This document shows positions 10,939 to 19,923 of a stretch of DNA of 57,413 nucleotides, in pieces. The notes under the pieces are model-generated. The model searched no databases, was not told where the DNA came from, and worked only from the letters and a program-made list of their open reading frames with translations. The first letter of the stretch is position 1. Every line of letters begins with the position of its first letter. Origin of the DNA: an uncultured Halobacteriales archaeon (GTDB taxonomy: Archaea; Halobacteriota; Halobacteria; Halobacteriales; Halobacteriaceae); contig CAZVCA010000003.1 in the NCBI GenBank assembly GCA_964626045.1, positions 1-57,413 on the forward strand. Reading direction: 5' to 3'. Made by a program: the position numbers and the translations under genes.

Positions 10939-11488
10939 CCTGCCGCCTTCTGTCGTCCAAACGGTGCGGGCCATGACCCGAACGGCGCGGTTTGCAACCC
11001 ACGCCCGTCCGGACGCGATCCGGGAGCGACGTGACGCCCTCCTCGCTCGATTCGGCTATCGCGCCCGCGTTCGAGCGGACGACCCGGTCCCGACGCTCGT
11101 CTGTTATCCCGACGCGTGGATCGAGGACGGCCTGTTGCAGCCCGAACAACTGGAATCGACTGATGACGCCGTCGAAGTCCCTCTCTCCTCGGTCGGTTCA
11201 CTCGAGGAATTTGAAGCTATCGAGGCCCACAACCAGGACGTCGCCCAGCGTGTGACAGATCACTACGGTGCGCTTCACGGGAAGACGGCGGCGGCCTTCG
11301 GGACCTACATGGCCAACCACCACAATGCCCCCATTGAAGCGGCCACGCCCTCCCAGGTGGACCATTTCCGAAGCGATTACTTTCCGCGCAACGCCTGGCC
11401 GACTGACGAGCAGGTGGCGGCCCTTGACACCTCACTCGAGCTCCTCTTCGAGGTGGCAAATGTCGCTGACCCACCGGTCGACGGGTGA
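10931..11488 (+). CDS. Conserved haloarchaeal hypothetical protein (rnhA-operon protein)
   Basis: Overlaps rnhA stop. LVCYPDAW, HG..AAAFGTYMANH, YFPRNAWP motifs. Confidence 0.75.
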   Translation: MPDLPPSVVQTVRAMTRTARFATHARPDAIRERRDALLARFGYRARVRADDPVPTLVCYPDAWIEDGLLQPEQLESTDDAVEVPLSSVGSLEEFEAIEAHNQDVAQRVTDHYGALHGKTAAAFGTYMANHHNAPIEAATPSQVDHFRSDYFPRNAWPTDEQVAALDTSLELLFEVANVADPPVDG

Positions 11489-11609
11489 GGGCGGCGTCGC
11501 TTGATAATTCGACCTCTCGACGCGTGAGCGCTGGATGAAACGGCAGCTCGACGCGGGGGAGAATCGGTCGAAAAAGCTCGGCCTCGCCAACTCAGCCAGG
11601 TCGAAAGTG

Positions 11610-11954
11610 CTATTCCTCGATCACTGACCGGACGAACTCGGCTCGCTCCTCGTCGGTGCTGAAGTGTTCGAGGGTCCACCTGAGGTCATCGCGCACCGCT
11701 TCGAGGCCGGTGTCAGTCAGGCCGTATTCGTTCGTTCGCTTGTCCAGCTCGCTTTTCTCGACCAGGCCCGCCGCAACGAGGTCATCGAGGTTGGGGTACA
11801 GGCGCCCGTGGTTTACCTCGTCGTCGTAGTAGGATTCCAGTTCCCGCTTGATCGCGAGCCCATAGCGGGGCTCTTCGGCGAGTACCGTCAGAATGTTCTT
11901 CTGGAAGGCTGTAAGGTCTCTCGCGGCCGCGACGTCCAGGCGAGCGTCTGACAT
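11610..11954 (-). CDS. rosR: PadR-family winged-helix regulator, RosR-like
   Basis: LTAFQKNIL, YGLAIKRELESYY, VNHGRLYPNLDDL, KSELDKRTNEY; lies between the rnhA operon and ppa, as recalled for Halobacterium rosR. Confidence 0.8.
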   Translation of the reverse strand: MSDARLDVAAARDLTAFQKNILTVLAEEPRYGLAIKRELESYYDDEVNHGRLYPNLDDLVAAGLVEKSELDKRTNEYGLTDTGLEAVRDDLRWTLEHFSTDEERAEFVRSVIEE

Positions 11955-12061
11955 GAATGGCCGAAAGCCGTTGAATTATTTAACCCTTCCCAAACGCGAG
12001 AGCGTGAATCGGATGGGCCGAAGACGAAAAATCTATGCGGGGGACCCCGGGAGTGTGGGGT

Positions 12062-12595
12062 ATGACGAACCTCTTCGAAGACCTCGAAACGGGACCGAAT
12101 CCACCGGAAACGATCTATGCGGTGATCGAGTGTCTCAAGGGCGAACGGAACAAGTACGAGTACGACAAGGACATTCCCGGCGTCGTCCTCGACCGGGTCC
12201 TGCACAGCAACGTTCACTACCCGGGCGATTACGGCTTCATCCCGAAATCCTACTACGACGACGGCGACCCCTTCGACGTGCTCGTGCTGGTCGAAGACCA
12301 GACGTTCCCGGGGTGTGTGATCGAAGCCCGTCCGGTCGCGCTCATGCGGATGGACGACGACGGCGAACAGGACGACAAGGTGCTTGCCGTCCCGGCCGAA
12401 GACCCGCGCTACGATCACTTCGAAGACATCGAGGACGTACCCCAACAGACCCTCGACGAGATCGCCGAATTCTTCGAGACCTACAAGAACCTCGAGGAAG
12501 GGAAGGAAGTCGAGACGCTCGGCTGGGAGGATCGTGAGGCCGCCTTCGACGCCATCGAACACGCCCAGGACCTCTACGAAGCGGAATTCGAATAA
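12062..12595 (+). CDS. ppa: Inorganic pyrophosphatase (family I)
   Basis: NKYEYDK, YPGDYGFIP, DDGDPFDVLV, DDKVLAV, FFETYKNLE. Confidence 0.97.
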   Translation: MTNLFEDLETGPNPPETIYAVIECLKGERNKYEYDKDIPGVVLDRVLHSNVHYPGDYGFIPKSYYDDGDPFDVLVLVEDQTFPGCVIEARPVALMRMDDDGEQDDKVLAVPAEDPRYDHFEDIEDVPQQTLDEIAEFFETYKNLEEGKEVETLGWEDREAAFDAIEHAQDLYEAEFE

Positions 12596-12709
12596 CCGAT
12601 TCTCGACGGCTGGTTGCCCGCGTATGCGTCAGAGACATACCGGCGGGCCCAGCGATGTATTATGCGTATGGGTAATTTCATGAGGGGCCATCACATAGAT
12701 AGAACTGTG

Positions 12710-12838
12710 ATGGCAGCCCGATCAACCCGCGCCGGCATTCGGCACCTCACCGTCGTTCCGGCGAACTTCGAGCCCGGACCGGATCATGACCCCGACGCCG
12801 AGGACACGGACTCGAACGGGGAGACACCGTCTCGATAA
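12710..12838 (+). CDS. Putative 42-aa micro-protein
   Basis: MAARSTRAGIRHLTVVPANFEPG followed by an acidic tail; AT-richer region upstream; fills the gap between ppa and the phosphodiesterase. Confidence 0.45.
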   Translation: MAARSTRAGIRHLTVVPANFEPGPDHDPDAEDTDSNGETPSR

Positions 12839-12922
12839 CGGGTGCTGCCAGGATCGGACAGCCCGACAGGCGGATCGGGATACGAAGCTTCTTGGGGTTG
12901 AAACCGAAACGCTCAGCTACTT

Positions 12923-14269
12923 ATGGGTCTGTTCGACCGGTTGCGCGGGGACGACGGTCCACGCGTCGCGTTTGTGGGCATCGATGGCGTGCCGTGGTCA
13001 CTGATCGCGGACAATCCCGAACGGTTCCCGAACCTCACTGCGATGGCCGAGGACGGGGCCGGGGGGCCGATGAACAGCATCGTGCCGCCGGAATCGAGTG
13101 CCTGCTGGCCGTCGCTGACGACAGGCACCAACCCGGGAGAAACCGGGGTCTACGGGTTCCAGGACCGTGAAGTCGGCTCGTACGAAACGTACGTGCCGAT
13201 GGGCAACGACGTCCAGTCCACGCGGCTCTGGACCCGCGTGCAGGATGCCGGCCAGGAGACGACGGTCATGAACGTCCCGGTGACCTTCCCGCCGGATCTG
13301 GAACCCACCCGAATGGTGTCCGGCTTCCTCTCGCCCTCCGTGGAGAAAGCGGCGGTTCCCGAATCATTCGCGGAGGAACTCGAGGGCCTCGATTATCGTA
13401 TCGACGTGAACGCCAAACTCGGGCACGACGAGGACAAATCGGCGTTCATCGAGGACGCACACGAGACCCTCGATGCCCGATACGAGGCGTTCAAGCGATA
13501 TCTCTCGGGCGACGATTGGGACCTCTTTTTCGGGGTCTTCATGACCACCGATCGGGTCAATCACTTCCTCTTCGAACACTACGAGGAAGCCGGCGAATAC
13601 GAGGAGGCGTTTCTCGACTTCTACGAGGCAGTCGACGCCTACCTCGGGGACCTTCGCGACCAGTTGCCCGACGAGGCGACGATGATCGTCGCGAGCGACC
13701 ACGGGTTCACGACGCTGCACCACGAGGTCCATCTCAACGCCTGGCTTGAGGAGGAAGGGTGGCTCTCGTACGCGACCGATGATCCGGAGGACCTGGCGGA
13801 TATCGACGACGACACGACGGCCTATTCGTTCATTCCAGGCCGCTTTTACATCAACCTCGAAGGGCGGGAGCCGCGGGGGTCGGTCCCCGAATCCGAGTAC
13901 GAGTCGGTGCGAGCCGATCTCCGAGCGGAACTCGAAAATCTCACCGGGCCGGACGGCCGCGAGGTCGTCGATCGGGTCGTTCCCAAGGAGGAGGCCTTTT
14001 CGGGTGCGCATGAGGACATCGCCCCCGATCTCGTCGCGATCCCGAACGACGGCTTCGACCTCAAATCCGGCTTCTCCGGCGGGGGCGAGGTCTTCAATTC
14101 GGGCCCCAGGAACGGGATGCACACCTTCGAGGAAGCGACGCTGGTAATCGACGATCCGTCACTTTCGGTCCCGGCATCGACCGATCTGCTCGACATCACC
14201 CCGACGATCCTCGATCTCCTGGAGATCGACTACGAGCCGACCGAATTCGACGGATCGAGTCTGGCGTAG
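12923..14269 (+). CDS. Alkaline phosphatase superfamily protein (type I phosphodiesterase/nucleotide pyrophosphatase)
   Basis: VGIDGVP, PPESSACWPSLTTGTNPG, TDRVNHF, ASDHGF, RNGMH, DITPTILDLL. Confidence 0.9.
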   Translation: MGLFDRLRGDDGPRVAFVGIDGVPWSLIADNPERFPNLTAMAEDGAGGPMNSIVPPESSACWPSLTTGTNPGETGVYGFQDREVGSYETYVPMGNDVQSTRLWTRVQDAGQETTVMNVPVTFPPDLEPTRMVSGFLSPSVEKAAVPESFAEELEGLDYRIDVNAKLGHDEDKSAFIEDAHETLDARYEAFKRYLSGDDWDLFFGVFMTTDRVNHFLFEHYEEAGEYEEAFLDFYEAVDAYLGDLRDQLPDEATMIVASDHGFTTLHHEVHLNAWLEEEGWLSYATDDPEDLADIDDDTTAYSFIPGRFYINLEGREPRGSVPESEYESVRADLRAELENLTGPDGREVVDRVVPKEEAFSGAHEDIAPDLVAIPNDGFDLKSGFSGGGEVFNSGPRNGMHTFEEATLVIDDPSLSVPASTDLLDITPTILDLLEIDYEPTEFDGSSLA

Positions 14270-14340
14270 TCGAGGCGGTCTTCGATCGACGGCGAGGCCG
14301 GCCGAACGTTTATCCCGGAAGATAGGGCCACTTCGTCGGG

Positions 14341-14754
14341 ATGCCAGCACAACGGGGACTCGAGGAACGGGTGGCGGCCCTAGAGCGTCGACTGGATGAC
14401 GAGCAGGTCCCAGCAGCATCCCCCCAGTCCGACGTGGAATCGCCGGACACACCTGAGCTGCAGGAGCGCATCGACGACCTCGAATCGAGGGTCGCTGAGC
14501 TCGCGGCCGGCTTGCAGGCCGTTCGGGGGTACGTCGGACAGGTCGAGCACGTCAACGCATCCGTCGAACGACGGGCCGATGCGGCTATTGCGGCGGTCGA
14601 ACGACTCGAATCGGCCCCGAAAACGCCACCACCGGTCGCCACGGCGACCCCTGCGGATTCGCCCCCGGCAGCGGCGGCCGAGACCGGGGCCGCCGAGGAC
14701 CAGCCCCAACAGGACGAACAGGGATTCCTGGAACGGATTCAGTCGCTGCGATGA
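14341..14754 (+). CDS. Coiled-coil protein, first gene of the pilus-like locus
   Basis: Heptads LEERVAALERRL and LQERIDDLESRVAELAAGLQAVRGYVG; C-terminal amphipathic GFLERIQSL. ATGA coupling to the next gene; TTTATC at 14309. Confidence 0.75.
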   Translation: MPAQRGLEERVAALERRLDDEQVPAASPQSDVESPDTPELQERIDDLESRVAELAAGLQAVRGYVGQVEHVNASVERRADAAIAAVERLESAPKTPPPVATATPADSPPAAAAETGAAEDQPQQDEQGFLERIQSLR

Positions 14755-15224
14755 TGGTCCGCCTGCTGCTTGCGGTGATCGTGGCTGGCGCGCTGATCGG
14801 GGCTTCGATGCCGGTCATCGACCGCGCCCAACGGACCCAGGCCGACCATGAACTGACACGCGCCGTCGAATCGATCGAGACGGCGACGCGCACACTCGTT
14901 CGTCACAGTGATCCCGTTCCGATGGGGGTCCCACCGGCGACACGAGACGTCGAGGTGTCCCTGCCCGCCCAATCTGCAGGGGCTGAATTGGCTCTCCGGC
15001 CCCTCGACGAGCCGAATGAGACCGGGAAGACCGTACTCCGGACGACGGTCCAGGGAGCACCGCCGAAGCGGACCATCCTCAACGCGACCGTGCGGCCGAT
15101 CGAATCCGACGGCACTGTTGGGTGGGGAGAGACCGTGACAGTGCAGAAATCGGCCGACCTTACGCTTCGGTATCGACTGGTCGGAGAGCGCCCGGTCATC
15201 ACTGTTGCCCGAGCATTCAAGTAG
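14751..15224 (+). CDS. Pilin-like protein with single N-terminal hydrophobic helix
   Basis: MMVRLLLAVIVAGALIGASMPVID followed by an amphipathic helix and a beta-rich domain; directly upstream of the secretion ATPase. Confidence 0.6.
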   Translation: MMVRLLLAVIVAGALIGASMPVIDRAQRTQADHELTRAVESIETATRTLVRHSDPVPMGVPPATRDVEVSLPAQSAGAELALRPLDEPNETGKTVLRTTVQGAPPKRTILNATVRPIESDGTVGWGETVTVQKSADLTLRYRLVGERPVITVARAFK

Positions 15225-15246
15225 GGGAACCGGACCACCAGGGAGC

Positions 15247-17082
15247 ATGTTCGACCAGTCGGTGGCGACAGCCCCTGCCTGTCAGTGCGAGCCCAGCCGG
15301 TCCGGCGACCGCTTGCTCGTCGACGCGACAGAATGTCCGGCCGACGGCGATCTGGCGTCGAATCAGGCGTGTCGGCAGCCGATAATCGAGGCCCTCGCCG
15401 CGGGGCCGGTCGACGGGATTCGGATCCGCACTGGTGGCGTCGATCGGGTTTGTTCGTCGGAAACCGTAACGTTGCTGCACGCAGCGGCCAGGTTCGCCAC
15501 CCGAGTAAGCGGTCGGGACGCCCGCTTGGCCGAACTCGCCCGCGAGCAACCGATCGCGGCGGCGCGGGAGGCCCGCGGCCGGGCGGGTCTCATCGGAGAT
15601 GTCGTCCGGGAAACCGGCCTGGCCACCTTTGCGGACCGAGATGGGGCGGCGAGTGAGGTAATCGATTATCGCCGGGTGCCGTCGATCGCCGCGAGCCAGC
15701 TCGATACCGTTCCCCCATCCGATGCCAGTCTCAGGGACGCCCGGATCATTGGCTCGGGGGCGACGGCTCGCATCTTCGATCGCCCCGATGGACCGGCAGT
15801 CTACCAGCTGGAACCACTCGAATACACGCTCGACGACGCGGCCCTTGCCGCGCTCGCGAAGGCCAAAGACCGCCTCGTCGCGACCGATTCGGGCTCGCCC
15901 AGCGATCATCGATCGGCCGTCGAGCAGGTCGCCGACGAGACACACCCGATCGACACGCTCACGACGGTCCTCCAGAAGCATACGGCCGGGTACGGCGTCC
16001 TGGAGGACTTGTTCAGTGACGAGGCCGTGTCGGAGGTGTTCGTCAACGCGCCGGCGACCGAAACCCAACTGTTCGTCCGCCTCGAGGGCGAGGCACTCCG
16101 AACGAACGTGACGCTGACCGAGCGCGGAACGGACCGGCTTGCGGCCGGCCTTCGAGCGGAAAGCGGCCGGGCGTTCTCCCGGGCAGCCCCGACGATCGAT
16201 ACCTCCTTGTCCGGTGTCGGTGGGGCCGACTCGATTCGGGTCGCCGGGACGCGGGAACCGGCAAGCGACGGCTATGCCTTCGCCCTGCGGGTCGAAGGAA
16301 CCGACCGATGGCGGTTGCAGCGGTTGGTGGAAAACGGGACGGTGAGCAGCGAGGCGGCCGGCTTGCTTTCGGTGGCCATGGCACGCGGGGGTGCGATGCT
16401 CGTGGCCGGGCCGCGGGGAGCGGGCAAGACGACGATGACCTCCGCACTGCTCTGGGAACTCCCGCCGGCGACGCGGCTGTTGGCAATCGAGGACACACCG
16501 GAATTGCCGATCCGAGCGCTTCAAAACGCGGGCCGCGACGTCCTCCGCCTCGAAGCCGCCGCCGATGCGAACGCGGCGATCGATCCGGCAACGGCCCTCA
16601 GGACGGCGCTGCGGTTCGGAAACGGCGCGCTGGCCGTCGGGGAGGTCCGGGGCGAAGAAGCCGCGGTCCTCTATGAGGCGATGCGGGTCGGGGCGGCCAG
16701 TGATACGGTGATCGGGACGATTCACGGCGAGGGATACGACGGGGTGAAAGAGCGGGTCGTCGCCGACCTCGGGGTGCCCGAGTCCTCGTTCGCTGCGACT
16801 GATCTGTTGGTCACCCTTGCCCCGACAGCCGACGGCAAGCGGGTCATGTCGATCGAGGAAGTGACCGACGATGGAAGCGCCGTGCTGTTCGAGTACGACG
16901 GGTCGACACTCCAGCCGACGCCCCGACTCGAACGGGGCAACAGTCACCTCGTCGCCTCCCTCTCGACGCCCGGCGAAACATACGCCGATGCGATGTCCGC
17001 GATCGAGACCCGTGCCGAGGGGTTCGAACGGTCGTCACTCCAGCAATCCGGCGACGGTGCGGAGGCAAGGGCGGATGTCTGA
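15247..17082 (+). CDS. pilB: Type IV pilus/type II secretion assembly ATPase (PilB/CpaF/VirB11 family)
   Basis: Walker A GPRGAGKTT, Asp box LAIEDTPEL, Walker B AVGEVRGEEA, His box GTIHG, LFSDEAVSEVFVN; N-terminal Cys cluster CQC..C..C. Confidence 0.9.
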   Translation: MFDQSVATAPACQCEPSRSGDRLLVDATECPADGDLASNQACRQPIIEALAAGPVDGIRIRTGGVDRVCSSETVTLLHAAARFATRVSGRDARLAELAREQPIAAAREARGRAGLIGDVVRETGLATFADRDGAASEVIDYRRVPSIAASQLDTVPPSDASLRDARIIGSGATARIFDRPDGPAVYQLEPLEYTLDDAALAALAKAKDRLVATDSGSPSDHRSAVEQVADETHPIDTLTTVLQKHTAGYGVLEDLFSDEAVSEVFVNAPATETQLFVRLEGEALRTNVTLTERGTDRLAAGLRAESGRAFSRAAPTIDTSLSGVGGADSIRVAGTREPASDGYAFALRVEGTDRWRLQRLVENGTVSSEAAGLLSVAMARGGAMLVAGPRGAGKTTMTSALLWELPPATRLLAIEDTPELPIRALQNAGRDVLRLEAAADANAAIDPATALRTALRFGNGALAVGEVRGEEAAVLYEAMRVGAASDTVIGTIHGEGYDGVKERVVADLGVPESSFAATDLLVTLAPTADGKRVMSIEEVTDDGSAVLFEYDGSTLQPTPRLERGNSHLVASLSTPGETYADAMSAIETRAEGFERSSLQQSGDGAEARADV

Positions 17083-18592
17083 CGGGTACCAGGTGGCGTC
17101 GTGGCTTCGGCATGGATTGGATCGGATCGATCTCGAAACCGTCTGTCCCCGGGCCGCGGCCTGGCTGGAAACGTTCCGGCGAACCCGAGCAATCGGGACG
17201 GCCCCGGAACTGTTGGCATTCGCGATGCTGCAATTGACGCTCAACCCGTCACTCGAACGGGCGGCGGATTTTGCGACGAGCGCGATCGACGGTCGATTGA
17301 GTCGCTCGCTCGCCGCCCATCGCACGGCGACGGTTTCGGGACGGCGCGCGTTCGAAGCCTTCGCCGCGGAGTGGTCACAACAGGATCCGTCGCTCTCCCG
17401 GGCCGTGACGCTCATGAGCGTGGCCATCGATGCCCCGCCGAATCGCCGGGAAGAAACCCTCGAAGACGCGTTGGAGGCCGTCTTGGAGGGGGCGCGTGAG
17501 CGGGTCGTCGAGTTCTCGACGGCGATCCGGGGGCCAGCGATGGGCATCTATGCCTTCGGGGTCATGCTTCCCCTCGCGCTGGTCGGGTTATTACCCGTGC
17601 TTGCCTCGGCCGGCGGCGGGGTTCCGATGCTCGGCCTGGCGATCGTGTACGACGGGCTCATCCCGCTGGGCCTTGCCGGGAGTGGGCTCTGGCTCTGGGC
17701 TCGTCGACCGGCGGTCACGGATACGGCCTTTGAGGCCGGGGTGCTCTCCAATGCGAGACCGGGATGGCAGGCGTGGGTGGCGGGACTGACCGGGGCGGTT
17801 TCGGCCTGGGCCGGGACGATCCTGTTGGGACCGGACTGGGCACCGCCGCTCGTCGCGGTCGGGGTCGGATCCGGGAGTGCACTGTTCGTGTACCTCCAGC
17901 CGGTCGCCGAGGCCCAAACGCGGATGGAACAGCTGGATGCTCGATTTCCGGACGTCCTCGCGATCGTCGGCCAACGGTTGGGCGAGGGGGAGCCGATCGA
18001 AACGACGATCGGCTCGGTCGCGACACGCTTTGACGGTCCTGTCGGTGAGCTCTTCGAGCGGGCCCAGGTTCGCCATCGGCGATCGGGTGAACCGATGGAG
18101 GCGGTGTTTTTCGGCTCGAACGGCCTCCTGACTGACGTCCCGAGCCAGCGGGTTCGAGGCGGATTGTCACTCGTGATGACAGCAGCGGAGTATGGCTCCC
18201 CAGGCGGGGAGACGTTGTTGACTGTGGGTGACTATCTGGGCTCGCTGCTCGCCGTCGAACGGGAAGCCAGGCGGGAACTGGCACAGACGACGAGTACGCT
18301 CAGACAGACCGCCCTGGTGTTCGCCCCGGCGATTGCCGGCGTCACGGTCGCCCTCGCGACCGGCATGGGTGCCGTCGACGGGTCCGGGGCCCAGTTCGAG
18401 GTCGCGATCCTGGCCAGGGTTATCGGCGTCTACGTATTGCTGCTGGGCGTGGTGCTCCCCTCGCTTTCGGTCGTCCTCGCCCGTGGGTTCGATCCGGTTC
18501 GGATGGGATATCAGAGCGCGATCGCGGTCGCCGTCGGGGCTATCGTCTATCCACTGACGTTCGTCGCAGCCCGCACCCTGGTGTATGTTTAA
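17075..18592 (+). CDS. pilC: Type IV pilus membrane platform protein (PilC/TadB-TadC-like)
   Basis: Two T2SS-F-like soluble blocks, each followed by TM clusters (YAFGVMLPLALVGLLP; FPDVLAIVGQRLGEGEPIE; FAPAIAGVTVALA). Overlaps the ATPase stop. Confidence 0.8.
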   Translation: MSDGYQVASWLRHGLDRIDLETVCPRAAAWLETFRRTRAIGTAPELLAFAMLQLTLNPSLERAADFATSAIDGRLSRSLAAHRTATVSGRRAFEAFAAEWSQQDPSLSRAVTLMSVAIDAPPNRREETLEDALEAVLEGARERVVEFSTAIRGPAMGIYAFGVMLPLALVGLLPVLASAGGGVPMLGLAIVYDGLIPLGLAGSGLWLWARRPAVTDTAFEAGVLSNARPGWQAWVAGLTGAVSAWAGTILLGPDWAPPLVAVGVGSGSALFVYLQPVAEAQTRMEQLDARFPDVLAIVGQRLGEGEPIETTIGSVATRFDGPVGELFERAQVRHRRSGEPMEAVFFGSNGLLTDVPSQRVRGGLSLVMTAAEYGSPGGETLLTVGDYLGSLLAVEREARRELAQTTSTLRQTALVFAPAIAGVTVALATGMGAVDGSGAQFEVAILARVIGVYVLLLGVVLPSLSVVLARGFDPVRMGYQSAIAVAVGAIVYPLTFVAARTLVYV

Positions 18593-18618
18593 GTAAGGGG
18601 ACAGGGGCAACACCGCCC

Positions 18619-19086
18619 ATGATGGAGACGCCGGCGGACACGCCGTGGCTCTGGGTGGGGCTGACACTTGCCACTGCAGTCATGTTCGGGGTCGTTATGG
18701 GTGTCGGCCCCGCGGCGCCGGACGCACAGCGCGCGGCGACGGCCATCGACGACGTTGCAACGAGCGAGCACCCGGCGGCGGGGTCGGTCCCACTTCGAGC
18801 CAGCGAGGTTCGCCTCACACCAGATCGGATCGGGCTCCGCGGCCCTGGCGGGCAAGCCCACGCGACCATCCAGTACGGGCCGGTAACACCCGTCGAACCG
18901 GATTCGGCGCTGGACCGGGTACTCGACGGCCACGCCCCCGAACGTGTTTTCAGGCGACCGGAGACCTACCGAGCAGCCCTCGCTGCGGCGCAGGAGCGGA
19001 CGCCGTTCTGGCAGCGAGCGGGCGAGGAACTTCGCATTCGACAGGTCCACTACGGGGAGGTGAACAGTGTTCTCGTCGGCGCGTAG
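18619..19086 (+). CDS. Pilin-like/membrane-anchored hypothetical protein
   Basis: N-terminal hydrophobic helix WLWVGLTLATAVMFGVVMGV, then PDAQRAATAIDDVA; inside the pilus locus. Confidence 0.65.
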   Translation: MMETPADTPWLWVGLTLATAVMFGVVMGVGPAAPDAQRAATAIDDVATSEHPAAGSVPLRASEVRLTPDRIGLRGPGGQAHATIQYGPVTPVEPDSALDRVLDGHAPERVFRRPETYRAALAAAQERTPFWQRAGEELRIRQVHYGEVNSVLVGA

Positions 19087-19435
19087 GGCGCAAGTCGAGC
19101 CTGTGCCCGCCCTGCTGGCGCTTGCCGTGTTCGCGATCGGGCTGTCCCTCTATGGGGTCACGATCGATGGGTTGCCGGGAGGCTCGCAGCCGGCCGTTTC
19201 GGAGGCGACGATGGATCTGACCGTCGAAACGCTCAGTGATGGCCCTGTCGTCATCCCGCAGCGAATCGATCGCGTCCCAGAGCAACTCCCCGACGTGACT
19301 GGGGTGATCGTGCGTGTCGAAGGACGGACCTGGCGGTCCGGCTCAATCAACGCATCCGACGACAGCCGCCGTCGACAGGTGCTGGTCCGGACTCCACGGG
19401 GCGAAGTCCCAGGCACGCTGCGGGTGGTGACATGA
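19067..19435 (+). CDS. Putative minor pilin with class III signal peptide
   Basis: RRA|QVEPVPALLALAVFAIGLSLY fits the archaeal prepilin pattern [KR][GA] followed by a hydrophobic helix. Confidence 0.7.
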   Translation: MFSSARRAQVEPVPALLALAVFAIGLSLYGVTIDGLPGGSQPAVSEATMDLTVETLSDGPVVIPQRIDRVPEQLPDVTGVIVRVEGRTWRSGSINASDDSRRRQVLVRTPRGEVPGTLRVVT

Positions 19436-19923
19436 CCGTCGATCGGGGGATCAGCACGCCGATCGATGTCGTGCTTGGATTGCTCCTCGTTGCGATCGCG
19501 ACGGGAGTCGTAGCCACGGCCGTCCCGCCTCCGAGCCCGCAGCCGCCGGCGGACGTGCAATCGGCGATGCTCGGGAGTACCATTACCGTGGAGTACGAGA
19601 CCGCTGCCGGCCAGTGGACGGTTCGGGAGACTGTCGGCGGGCTCCTTGCAGACGGCGCGATGGCCGGTCAGGGCCAGTCATCCGAGCGGGATGAGGTGTT
19701 TCGCGAGGCGATACGAACAACGGTCACCGAACACGTCGAAACCCACGGCGCGCATGTACAGGTGATCGGGGCCTGTCGTGGAACGTCGGCCGTCGATCCG
19801 TTGATCGCCGGGCGCACGCCCCCCACCGACACACCGGTTCGGGCGACGGTGTACGAACCGCCACGACCGGCTGAGTCGGATACCTGCCAGCCGATCGTCG
19901 TCTTTCGACGGTGGTCGCCATGA
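19432..19923 (+). CDS. Putative minor pilin with class III signal peptide
   Basis: DRG|ISTPIDVVLGLLLVAIATGVV. ATGA coupled on both sides. Confidence 0.7.
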   Translation: MTVDRGISTPIDVVLGLLLVAIATGVVATAVPPPSPQPPADVQSAMLGSTITVEYETAAGQWTVRETVGGLLADGAMAGQGQSSERDEVFREAIRTTVTEHVETHGAHVQVIGACRGTSAVDPLIAGRTPPTDTPVRATVYEPPRPAESDTCQPIVVFRRWSP

